Of a stretch of DNA of 64,000 bases, positions 1-11,799 are shown one piece after another (the stretch's first letter is position 1; the number at the start of each line of letters is the position of its first letter). The DNA is taken from NCBI RefSeq assembly GCF_036588685.1, contig NC_086385.1:27365216-27429215 (forward strand). Direction: 5' to 3'. The notes below the pieces were generated by a model. It was not told the origin of the DNA. It worked only from the letters and a program-made list of their open reading frames with translations, and searched no databases. A program made the translations under genes and the position numbers. The stretch comes from Mytilus trossulus. Its lineage: Eukaryota.

Positions 1-1440
1 TTGAATTGGTTCGTTCAAAATATATCTGTAATACTTGCCACTGCACGATGAAATGATCTATTAACCGTTCATAGGAATTGCGAAATTGTTCTCTTTCAAC
101 TTCTCTTCCTGTGTACTGTTAAAGGGGATGACCATGTTATTGTTGCAGAGGGGCAATAGACGATTTCGGGTGGAGAATATCAATTTTCCCCTTTTGCGAA
201 GCCGGCTTTTTCTTTTATTTATCTAAAATGGTCTTTTTCCAGAGACATGTATAAAAGACCAGAATACTCAGGTGTTATAATCTCCCTCAAAGAATATCAA
301 ATGTTCGTTCTCATATAAACAAAGAAAATCTTTATTATTTTAATACATATTTATAGAGAAAATTGATTAAGATTTTTAGATAGCTGCGTAACATCAACAA
401 ACAGTTCACTCTAATTTTAATGCGAACGGTTTTAGAAGATTTACAATGTATGTAGTCCGATACACTAAGTTGGCATTTTAAAATAATGACTTCATTTATA
501 GTGCGAAAAAGAACACAATTTGCTTGATATTATTACAAGACTTTGTCTTTGCTCTTTGATCAAACCCACGACATCTAAGCCTGTACATAGGACAATTACA
601 AACTCTTTACCGTGAAACTACCGATGTGGTACAATTGTAATACAAGAAAAAATTCTAGAGTTAAATAGAACTTAATTCAAAAGCAACATGCAACTGTTGT
701 ATAGGATAATTCAAGCATATTGTGTTTGCCATTTTACCTGTGTGGAAGTTCTTGTAAAAAAAACTTTCTTTTGAAGAAGACCTACGACATACGATGATTT
801 TGAGCTTGTCATCATGACTTGTACAAAATGAATATTACCTTTAAGTTCGGTCTCAATGTCAAAATATCAATGTCGGATTATTCGTATTAATGTTACCTTT
901 CCGAATATAGTCCTTTGATTCGACCTTTTTGATTTGATGTTAAATGAGTCGTTGTATTTTTTTGTCAATCGTACATGTACTTATGCATGATATTGGTTCT
1001 CTAGAAAAAGTTCTCGGTTTCGAACTTTATGTTCGTGTGACATTAAATAAAAAAAAAAGATAGATTTAAGTATTAAAATAAGATAGTTTTCATACAATAA
1101 CAATTTGAACTATTTTTAGCCAGATTATGAAATTCTGTGATATATGACAAATCTGGGTGTAGAGAATATACGGAGAAATGCATAACGTCAAAATGTAATA
1201 ATGGGATGGAAATTGTGTTTTCGTCATCAGTTGTTATAAACTGACTACCAAAACTTTCAAATAGTTCTGCAAGATTGCCTAGTTTTCATTTATGAAACAA
1301 AACATCCACAGCTCAACTTTCTCATATGATTAAAAAAAAAAAGGGGGGTGCTTCGCATGCTAAAGTTCATCATTATTCCTGAAACACATTTCGAGATAGT
1401 TTTTTTCTCTTCGCTTTATGAAAGAAGTAAGCGGTCTATT

Positions 1441-1666
1441 ATATATATATATATATATATATAATAAGTCCGTCTGAACCAGTGACAACTCTACAACAGA
1501 TTTATCCATCGGATCATCCATCAGCAGTGATGGTGATACATGGCTGTGTACATTCTGTATATACAACTCGTCTAAACATCAACCCAACAATGTAAGATCT
1601 GTAAATTTGCTTTCGCAAGCTTTTTGTTCTTCCCTCGCCGGGATTCGAACCCATGCTACTGAGATA
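1441..1666 (-). mobile_element. Partial copy of a tRNA-head-containing interspersed repeat, in a (TA)n context
   Basis: 1562-1665 matches 36946-37050 and the reverse complement of 42905-43010. B-box GGTTCGAATCC on the minus strand. Flanked by TA repeats. Confidence 0.75.
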
Positions 1667-2056
1667 TATATGCATATATTTGTTTTTAAATCAACGCGTT
1701 TTATACGTTCAGACAGGATCTACACATTTTTCAATTACGATGTAAAATAAAGTCATATTCTGATCAGTACACAAAATCACAGTATACTGCTTTGTGATTC
1801 TGCAACACTATTTTGAAGAGTTTGGTTTGATACAGTCGGGAATCGAATATATATACGATTTTTCACATTTGCAGAGAGCATACTAGCCTAAGATTTCAGT
1901 TCAATAGAGTAGATATATGCTTCGAGATTTAGTTCTAAATATTTAAAAACCCAAAAAAGGTACGGTTAACTGTCGAAGCAGTTAACATTTTAGTACTATA
2001 AGGCTAGGTTATAGTACTAGGATGAACCTAGCACTGCTTTCGTGTTTAGATAATAT

Positions 2057-2200
2057 TTAGGGGCCAGCTGAAGGACGGCTCCGGGTGCGGGAATTTTTCA
2101 CTTCATTGAAGACCTGTTGGTGATCTTCTGTTGTTTTCTTTTTCTCCTATGGTCGGGTTGTTGTCTCTTGGACACATTCCCCATTTCCATTCTCAATTTT
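2057..2200 (+). repeat. Interspersed repeat fragment (family also at 47790-48127 and, inverted, ~29985-30230)
   Basis: TTTAGGGGCCAGCTGAAGGAC..CCGGGTGCGGGAA...CATTCCCCATTT..ATTCTCAATTTT is near-identical to 47987-48127. Confidence 0.75.
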
Positions 2201-3240
2201 ATTAGAGTATAACGCAAATCTAGGCAATGCTCGGGAATGTGTAAATAGTACTAAATACGCAATCACGCATGGTGAAGTCAGAAGTCAGATCAGTAAAATT
2301 ATTCTGATTCTACTTCTAAATAGATTGAACATAGCGCATTTTCACGCTTTAGAACCGTTTTATCAAAAGTATGTGACTTTTCAGATTGAGGCTTTTTAAA
2401 GCAGAAACTTTTATCCAACATATCTTCTTTTTATGGACACTCCAAATATTATAACGTAAACACATTTTATGTTACAAGTATGATTACAAGCATTTTAATC
2501 ACGAACATTGATTCAGATAATATTTATAGTAAGAACAATTAGAAACAAGCACTTGACGTATGTTTTATGTCAGATAAGTATTGAGCAGTCATTGTCCTAA
2601 ATCCGACATCAGCGATTGTTCCAACACTGTCCAAGATATATAAGCGGATTGTTAAAATATGTTTAAACCGGTTCTTGGACGTTCCTGTCCAAAGTTAATA
2701 TCAAGTCCTTGGGTTTTCTTGTTTTCGTTTAGTATATTATTTACGTATATTCTGCCCGTGCTTTTTCAATTTCGCTTAGTTGTTATTGTTTTATATTTAA
2801 TTACTTGTAATTGATGGCTTAATTTCAATACAGTGTATGAGATTAGCTCATTGGTGACGGTCATGCGATGAACCCATATCTGTTGGTCTCTGGTGGATTT
2901 ATGTATAATCCTAATACTTATACAAATTGTGAGAAAATAAAAATTTATAGAAGACTTTATAATGTAAATTATTTATTTAAACGTTTTATAGTTTGGATAA
3001 ATGTTTTACATTGTTATAAATAAAATATGAGATTTTGAATTAAATCGGCCTATAATCATTGTCATACTTATTTTAATATCATGGACAGAGTGTCACACAC
3101 ACTTGTATAAGGGAATCTGTTTGCAACTACAGTAAATGAATTAGCAGATACGAAATAAATAGTATAAGATATCAAAAATAAAAAAAACGGAATTTGGAAA
3201 AAAAGACCGATTTTCTACATTTCTACATTTCGTAGTGGTT

Positions 3241-4273
3241 GTGTAGGATTTTTATAGTGTCCCTCATGAAATAGTGTCCACTGGATACTATTTCATAGTA
3301 AATACTGTCCATGGACACGATTTCCTATGCAAAATATGCCCTCGGGTATGAAAAAGTGTCCATGGACGTGGACATTATCTAATTCTATAATTCTGTCCAG
3401 GGGGATATTTTATCTCAGGATAATGTGTCCACACAGACAATTTTTTATATGATAAAGTATTAAATGATATTTATCGCCTTGTAAACTATACGTATTGTAA
3501 CCTACATGTATAATTGCGAACTTGAAAACATTATTACTTTGAAAAAAGAGTTGTTTCATAAGTACACATGTATACCATCCTTCTCTTATTATTTATATTT
3601 TTTGATAAGTACATGTATAATGATTTAAGTTCAAAATGCTTTTCAGTATTATTTTCCAAGGACATATACTAGACATATTTTAATAACACTAACTACTTAT
3701 AAATATTGTCCTGTAGTTGGACCATATTTCATACCTGTAGCTATTATTGTTAACTGCTGTCCACTTACAGAACAACATTTTATTACAATGGACATTATTT
3801 ATACCAAAATTCTATATTTTATTTTGTCTTCTTCTCATAATAAGTATAGTAAAGTTGCTCAAATTTGATTTTTATACTTTACAAACTTTCTTCTTTCATT
3901 GTCATTAGCATTAACTGGGTATTTCAAAGAAATTAATGTCTCTATATTAGTTTCCAACCATAATATGCTTGTTAACATTTGTATATTAATCAGTCATGCG
4001 AGTTTCTTTTCAATTGTTCAGATTTTTTTAAAATTCAAGTATATTAAAACTTTTTAATGACCTTTGTATTACTTCCCTTGGAGGACACAATTTAATAGCA
4101 GATTCTATGAAAGTTGTCCTGTGGTTAACGCTATTTCATGATTTTTGCAGTAAAAATATGTCCACTTAAGCGACAATATTTCATGGCAATTAATGGACAT
4201 TATTAAATACCAAAATTCAATGAAAAACTGTCCAGGTGGACACATATTCACAGGACACTATTATGTCTTGCAC
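3241..4273. mobile_element. Degenerate non-autonomous DNA transposon (MITE-like) with imperfect TIRs
   Basis: Left end GTGTAGGA..TAGTGTCCCTCATGAAATAGTGTCCACTGGA is inversely similar to right end TCCAGGTGGACACATATTCACAGGACACTATTATGTCTTGCAC. Many internal TGTCC..GGACA subrepeats. Confidence 0.55.
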
Positions 4274-5014
4274 TTGCTTCATATTTTTATTTTTCTTCGG
4301 CTTCTTGATTCAAAGATTGGCCAGACTCTTTCAATTGTTTTGTTTACATAAACAGATACTAGATATATGATCTGTTTAGGAAAATAGCCATGTCCTTTTT
4401 CTGTTTTCTATTCCTTGATTGTATATTACAAATTCGTTTATGTGCTGGCGTTGTTGTGGTAGTAAATAGAAAGATATAAACGATAAATTAACCAATCAGC
4501 ATGTATCTAATATTTAAGAATAACCAAATAAAACGTTGTTGTAAATGCAGCGCAGTTAGTTCCCCTGGATGCATCTTTTGCAATCAAAGGGAGGTAAACT
4601 CTACGAACATAAGGATACAATTTTGGATTCATACTAAGCAAAACTAGATGTATGCTGAACAATTACAACATATGCTTATTTATTGCAAAATTTAAAAACA
4701 CTGACTATACTGATAATGCAAAGGAATATAAATAATGCCGAATAATATACGAATGATTAAACCGTTTAATAGCATAATACACCATATTTGATGTTTATAA
4801 AAATAAGGAGATGTGGCATATTTGCCGATGAGACAACTAAGTTTACTTAAAATTGAATTCTGTGTCCACACTAGTAGAAAAATAAATTACATTAAATTTC
4901 AAAATGCTCAATATAAATATATATATATATATATATATAAGAAAAAGTTACGTAAAGTCCGTATGCTGGTAACATATAAGAAAATTATTAAAAGATAATA
5001 ACGGTTTCAATGCA

Positions 5015-5066
5015 TCACTTTTTTACTAGTACTTTCACTGCTTCCGCAGATCTTCAGGTAATGTGA
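5015..5066 (-). ncRNA. Second copy of the same hammerhead motif in the inverted pseudo-LTR
   Basis: Reverse complement of 7049-7100. Confidence 0.68.
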
Positions 5067-5298
5067 CTTGTATATAAATAAAACAATTGATTGACGTTAA
5101 CAATAGTATGACGTTAACAAATACAAGGGAGACTACTTATGTCATAATGTCATTTTAAGATTTTAAAATGTTATGTTAAAATTAGAATATCATTTATCAT
5201 TTAATCCCGGGTTGAGAATGTTTATGAATAATTCTTCCTTCTTTCTTTTGACGATTGACCATATACAATGGAAATATTTTAAATCGTCCATTAGAACA

Positions 5299-6925
5299 GT
5301 AATTTCAAATGCGATATCAGAACAAAACAGTGAATACATCGAACTTTTAAGACCAAATGATTTAAAATTTCGACCAATTGTAGGCGGACCCAACAGCGTA
5401 ACACAGAATTTAAGCCATTTTATAGACATTGTGCTTAAACCTTTATGTCGAGAAGTTCCAAGTTTTATACGAGACGATTTGGAATTTTTAAATCATCTAC
5501 CAAAGACTGTAAACCCGAATTCCGAACTCATTACTTTTGATATTGTCAGCCTATACACAAATATCCCTCATGATTTAGGAATTACAGCCGTCAAATATTG
5601 GTTAGAAAATACGGAAAACATCATTGAAGACAGATTAACAAAAGAATTTATCCTTGCATCTTTGAAAATTATACTAGAAAGAAATATTTTTTACTTTAAC
5701 GGAACATACTATCATCAGAAAAAAGGAACAGCTATGGGTACTAAAATGGCGCCTTCATATGCCACTTTGGTACTTGGATATTTGGAACAATTATTATACG
5801 AAAAAATGAGTCACAAGTACGGAAATGGATTTGCCATTTACATACGTCAAAACTGGAAACGATTTCTTGACGATTGTTTTATAATTTGGAATTCGGATAT
5901 ATCTGTCTCAGATTTTCATTCTGATTTAAATTCTTTAAATCCATATATTAGTTTCACTATTAACAGAAATGTCAGGGAAATGCCGTTTTTGGATATTTGG
6001 GTTATTATAACGGAAGACAATGAAATTGTCACAGATATCTTCTCAAAAGACACTGATACACATATGTATTTAAATTTTTACTCAAATCATCCAAAACATG
6101 TAAAATTAAATATACCTTTTAATCTAGCGTCTAGAATAATCACTATTACAAGTACAGACATATTACGCAATAAAAGACTGGAAGAATTAAAAGCGTATTT
6201 AAAGAAGCAACACTACCCAGAACAAGTAATAAATTACGGAATTCAAAAGGCACTGACAAAAGGACCAATTGCTACAGAATCACGGCGATCCGAAACTACC
6301 GAGGAATCATCCAACAATTTAAACAAAATTATTCCGTTTGTCACAACTTATAATCCGCGAGATTATGACATATTTAGTTTCATGCGACAAATTGAAACAA
6401 ATTTACACAAAAGTGAAAGAATGGATAAAGTTTTACAGAAAAAAGAAGATTATCAACAGCAAAAGACAGTCAAAAAGTCTGAAACAATATTTAACATCTT
6501 CGAAATTTGACTTCAATGAAACTGTGCCAATTGTAAAAAAATGTACCGATAAACGATGTATGACTTGTCCAAATTTAATAGAAGAAAGTTCAATTTATTT
6601 CAAAAATGGAAAGCATTTTACTGTTAAGCAAAATATGTCTTGTAAAAGTTCAAACGTCATCTATTCTCTCATATGTTCAAATTGTGAGGAATTCTATGTT
6701 GGAGAGACAAAAAATGAACTGCGGACTAGAATGACTTTACATAGACAGCAAACCAACCATGAAGATTTAACACTCATCAGGGCAAACGACCATTTCCATC
6801 GTTGTTCTAATGGACGATTTAAAATATTTCCATTGTATATGGTCAATCGTCAAAATGATTTTCTCCGGAGGAAGAAGGAAGAATTATTCATAAACATTCT
6901 CAACCCGGGATTAAATGATAAATGA
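5299..6925 (+). pseudogene. PLE reverse transcriptase + GIY-YIG endonuclease ORF, 5'-truncated, one frameshift
   Basis: ORFs 5173-6510 and 6338-6925 join (..LQKKKIINSKRQ..) if one A is removed from the A-run at ~6439-6445. The first ~42 codons of ORF 5173 come from the inverted pLTR. Confidence 0.88.
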
Positions 6926-7048
6926 TATTCTAATTTTAACATAACATTTTAAAATCTTAAAATGACATTATGACATAAGTAGTCTCCCTTGTATTTGTTA
7001 ACGTCATACTATTGTTAACGTCAATCAATTGTTTTATTTATATACAAG

Positions 7049-7100
7049 TCACATTACCTGAAGATCTGCGGAAGCAGTGAAAGTACTAGTAAAAAAGTGA
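7049..7100 (+). ncRNA. Minimal type I hammerhead ribozyme motif in the PLE pseudo-LTR
   Basis: Stem I TTAC(7054-57)/GTAA(7089-92) plus TCAC/GTGA; core CTGAAGA 7058-64; stem II CTGC-GGAA-GCAG; GAAA 7079-82; palindromic stem III AGTACT; predicted cleavage after CUA at 7088. Confidence 0.7.
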
Positions 7101-8859
7101 TGCATTGAAACCGTTATTATCTTTTAATAATTTTTTTATATATATATATATATCCACCAAAATTCAGATGAAGTGGATTTAAGTTATAGGCAACTGACAC
7201 AACGTCCTTCAACGATGAGAAAAACCCTATACCGTATAGTCGGCTACAATAAGCCCCGACATAAAAACTATGAAACAATTAAATTGAGAAAACTAAAAGC
7301 CATATTTCTTAATAACCCCAAAATTGTTAAATTATGTACGAGGAAAATTAGAATTTGCAATGTAAAAGAAGTTATATAATAATGGAAAGGGGAATAAAGA
7401 ATTAGTAGCAACTTTGACCCCAAAACATAGTCTTTTTTAATAAATTATTTATTAGCCGATATATCCAACCTATAAGATTAAATAACTGTTGTCTCAAATG
7501 TCTGCACAAAAGTAATGTATAGTAACTTTCCTCGTTATCCGATAATTCAGTGAACAAATGCAAAGAAGAAAAAAGAATAGAATAACTTGAATTTAAAATA
7601 AATGCTATATTGTGCTAATTTGCTTTAAACCACTCCTAACTACATGTATATGTATACTATAAAAATAACTCTCATTAAAGATGGGGTCAAATGTAATTTA
7701 ACTAGACTTTAAATTGCAAAAAAAACAACATAACAGATTAAATTCTCATAAATTAGAAGTAGAAAATATTTTAAATTCGCATTATTCGTTATTCAATTCC
7801 AACTAAAAACTTTTTATAAATTCTGATAAACTTGGAATATATTGTATTGTAAATTTACTTCAATGTGAATTAATTTTCAAACCGAAGCAATTCAGTAATT
7901 TCTGACAAACTTGTAGTATAATTTGCCTTAAATTTCAAGTATATTTTTAAACTTAAGTAGAAAGAAATTTATTGAAAAATTAAATATTAGTAAACGCATG
8001 CGTTCATGCAGTGGACATACCTTGCATAAATAGTTTTTGGAAATATCTTCTAATACCCCGTAATAATACGAAGCCCAATTTTTTCTTGAAACTCATGAAA
8101 AGAGACCCTTATAGACACTTGAATATTGAATAAATAATTTACTGTTCTATTCATGTTTATAATAACTGTCTTCTGAACCAAACATTTCTCCTAAAACTAT
8201 GAAATATATAACAAGTTGCTTTCTTTGAAAAAAGAAAAGCAATACATGAACCTTAGACTGCTGACTGCCGGGTCAACAAAAGATTGTTGCTGAATTTGTG
8301 TTTACTTTTAAATTGAAATAACTGACTGTGAATAGAAGAAGCTAGTTGAAAGCATATGTTTACAGCTTCTATTTGAATAATTATTTAAAAGCTCGATTAT
8401 TTTATTTATTACTTGAGAATGTACATAATTTTTCCGATTATAACGCTTTGGCAAATCCTAAAGTTTACTAACCGGATGACTTATGCACAAAATTATTGCA
8501 ATATAAGTTTATGCGCTCAGTTTGTTTTGTAATGTGGAATACTGGATGCATTTATTTTATCTATCATAGCTTTATATTTTGTTTCCTACATGAATGTCTT
8601 TATATTCTCAACTCGTATTTGAAGCTGTCTTTAATCATGGTAGATGTTTTATGCGGTGAAGATTGGGACCTCTTATGAAGAGACTCATTTTGGTCTCATA
8701 AAAGATCTCAAATTTTAAGGATTTCCTGATTTTACTTAAATCAATTCAAACATTCTACAGGGAAACTTAGTTTTGCCGAAGAATTTCAGGCTGAATTCAG
8801 AAGTTTATGAATACCTGTCGCACTTTCAAAATAACCAGTTTATATAAAAAAAGGTATGG

Positions 8860-9045
8860 AGATATAAAAAAATCCAGAATTAAAATGATGTACACCAGAC
8901 ACGTGTCAAGTCTACAAAAAACAACATCAGTAACGCTCGAATGAAAACAGTTTAAAGGCTAAATACATTACAAAGTTAAAGAATCTATCCCTTGGGTAGA
9001 CAATCCTTAGTTTTTCGAAAAGGTCAAAGTATATAAATAGTATTG
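8860..9045 (-). repeat. Decayed copy of the hammerhead-bearing repeat seen at 45435-45530
   Basis: Minus strand reads TCGAGCGTTACTGATGTTGTTTTTTGTAGACTTGACACGTGTCTGGTGTA, alignable to TCGAGCGTCATTGATGAGTCTGTTATAGACGAAACACGCGTCTGGCGT. Catalytic core destroyed. Confidence 0.55.
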
Positions 9046-9907
9046 CATGCAAGTAGTATCTTAGCGCACATAATAGTAAATAGAAAGCATCTCACTGATA
9101 CTCAGGAAAAGAATACGCATTTGCGTCATCACATATCTTAATCTAATAGTTGAATTCGAATGTCAAACGGCCTACATTTAATGTTTTGACTGCGGATTCA
9201 TTGACATTTTATTCGGAGTCTTTGAGAACGCAAACCGATAGTGTGCTTTTGAAATGTGTTCTATAATGTGAATGAATCAAGAGGTGTAGGATAGTTGGTC
9301 AACACAATGAATACAATTTTCAAAGCCGTACCTTACATTTATAACCGTACCTTACCGTACATAGTAAAAAAATGTAGATACTATAAGTTTTAACTATTAA
9401 AACAATATAAAAAAAAATACAATAAACTAGTAAGTGTTTTTTCTTCTCTAATTCTTTTGAATATAAATAATATTAATAAACATGAACGTCAAGTATTTAC
9501 GGATAGACATCTCATTTATCGAATGAATCTATTTAAATTCTAACATTCCATTAAGCAAATATATTACTATACAAAATATTAGCAAAGACTTTTAAATCCA
9601 TACTAAAACAGTATAAAATAATCAACATTATGGTTGTAATTTAGTTTTATTGTGATTATTGTCAATTTTTTGTACTGTTGTTGTGAGCTGCAAGGATTTA
9701 AAATCATTCTTTATGAAATGAAAACACACAAGTGTTTTTTTCACGACCGTTTAAAATATTAATATTTAATGAACTGTCTTACTTTCCGTTTTATGGATAT
9801 ATTACAATACAAAAAAATAAATAATAATAACTCACAAATTTAAACCTAAATACGAAAACTGTAAGTAATTTTAACGTAGAAATATAATGATTATTGTTAA
9901 TAATATA

Positions 9908-10257
9908 AAAAAAGAAGATGATCGAGACAACTATCCACAAAAGACCAAAATGACAGACATTAACAATTATAGGTAACCGTACGGCCTTCAACAATGAGCA
10001 AAGCCCATACCGCATAGTCAGCTATAATAGTCCCCGATAAGACAATGTAAAAACAATTCAAACGAGAAAACTAACGGCCTCATTTACGTACAAAAATGAA
10101 CGAAAAACAAATATGTAACACATAAACAAACGACAACAACTGAATTACAGGCTCCTAACTTGGGACAGGCACATACATAGATAATGTGGCGGGCTTAAAC
10201 ATGTTAGCGGGATCCCAACCCTCAATTAGGGTTGGGATCCCGCTAACACGTTTAACC
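9908..10257 (+). repeat. Abundant interspersed repeat (probably Helentron-associated) ending in a fold-back hairpin
   Basis: AAGAAGATG..GAGACAACT..CCGTACGGCCTTCAACAATGAG..CAGGCTCCT.ACTTGGGACAGGCAC recurs at ~21000-21392 (-), 39900-40190 (+), 23810-23940 (-), 51765-51880 (-) and 7190-7300 (+). Confidence 0.75.
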
Positions 10258-11227
10258 ATTTTTTGTAAGATGCAATAATTATTAAGATTTAATTTTTATG
10301 TTTTCCTTTACAAATGAATGTTTAAAAATACCAAAGCAGAGTATCTTTCCATATAACATACTTATTTCTTAATTACAACTCTGAAAAGATTCTGATTTCA
10401 ATCATTGTTAATTTCTTCAGAAACATGAATACAGTAATATATATATTTTTTGTATATATTTCTTTGATTCCGATTGAATTAAATTCTTTTGACAAGAGTA
10501 TTATCTTTCTGTTTTCCGATCTAATATATTAATACGCCAATATATAAGCATGAACCCCTCAGTGGGTTCATGCAAAAAGAATCCTATTTACATAAGTAAC
10601 ATATGCACACATGACGCAGTTCAAAGGAAGCCAGTCACGGTAATGTGTAGTTCGTTTTTCTTGTGCTAGACTTAAACAACTTCAAAAGGTTTTGTAACAA
10701 TCGCAAATGAATAAATCATGTACCCATTCGAAATTCGAAGTAAACAACTTTTTGATATTATCTATTATATGATGATGTAGTTTTACATAGCTCTATTTGT
10801 ATTACATGACAGGATATTTAAACCATGATAGATTCTACAGATTTGAAAATCAACTTTATTTAGAAATATTTTAGAAAAAAAATATATTTAAAAATGTACA
10901 TACAAATGTGTTTTCATGCTTTTAATTAATATTATAATTATTAATTATTTATTTATGAATATCTTCAATGTCTTATGTTTTATTGTACTATATTTGTATT
11001 GCTTGATATTGTATTATTAAAATGATTTTAAATGATTATTTAGTTTTTTCTCTATACTACTCACATCAATCGATCAACAGTTGTATTCAATGCCGGCTAA
11101 ATAACAAATTTTCTAATTTGCCGGTGCCGGCTAAATAGAAAATTTGATATCCTGCCTGTGCCGGTCAAATAGCCATGGCAATCCCCTCTCTTCATTTGTC
11201 ATTATCATCACCAATCTTCAATGGCTA

Positions 11228-11400
11228 TCTTAAGAAAGCACAAATTACACCTATTCACAAAAGAAAAGTGTTTTATAAAAAGGAAATTATAGACCAGTAA
11301 TTAAGTGTATTACCTGCCGTTTCTATTTTTTTTAATGCCAAAAAAGTGCAACTATAGTACAGTACTTTTGATAACATCATAATTTTCAATTCATTTTTGG
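11228..11400 (+). mobile_element. Degenerate LINE (CR1/L2-like) RT fragment
   Basis: Conceptual translation with frameshifts gives LKKAQITPIHK..KGNYRPV.SVLPAVS, the N-terminal RT motif of APE-type LINEs. Confidence 0.6.
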
Positions 11401-11474
11401 TTGTTATGGTGGCCTGATGCGGCCATTTCCTCTTTTCTTGTTTTCTTGTTTTCTCCTTTTATTTATCAACGCTA

Positions 11475-11596
11475 AATCGGGAAATCAAGGAATCATCGAG
11501 AAAGAGAAATTGAGAAATCGGGAAATCGAGAAATCGAGAAATCGAAAATCGGGAAATCGGGAAATCGAGAAACCGAAAACATAAAATCGAGAAATA
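11475..11596. repeat. Tandem minisatellite, 8-9-bp unit (GAAATCG[A/G]G)
   Basis: Repeated AAATCGGG/AAATCGAG units directly visible. Confidence 0.8.
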
Positions 11597-11799
11597 CATT
11601 TCGCGTTTTCGCATGTTTAGCGTTTTTGCTTTCTTGATTTCATCCCGTTCGATTCTCTATTGCAGGAACTACACGCTGTATTTAACTGTTTATTTGTTTG
11701 CTGTACTTCTGAACATACATGAAATATTTGACACTTCAATTTTAGGATCATCAAACAAATCATCATTAACTATTACCAATGTCATTTCACCTGATCTGA

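Larger units (their letters stand above)
4940..7137 (+). mobile_element. Penelope-like retroelement (Neptune type), 5'-truncated, with inverted 5' pseudo-LTR, inserted in (TA)n
   Basis: RT motifs RPIV, FDIVSLYTNIP, GTAMG, RFLDD, PFLD. Cys-rich linker CTDKRCMTC and C-terminal GIY-YIG (NVIY..C..C..FYVGET..R..H). ~4975-5298 is the reverse complement of 6803-7137. (TA)n on both flanks. Confidence 0.93.

Noticed and set aside
1-1400. Possible exons at the window start
   Set aside because: No ORF, homology or convincing splice pattern found by eye.
5173-5298. N-terminus of the 445-aa ORF, and the minus-strand ORF 5190-5429 ending EELFINILNPGLNDK
   Set aside because: Both are by-products of the inverted pLTR, which is an antisense copy of the endonuclease C-terminus. 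They are not independent genes.
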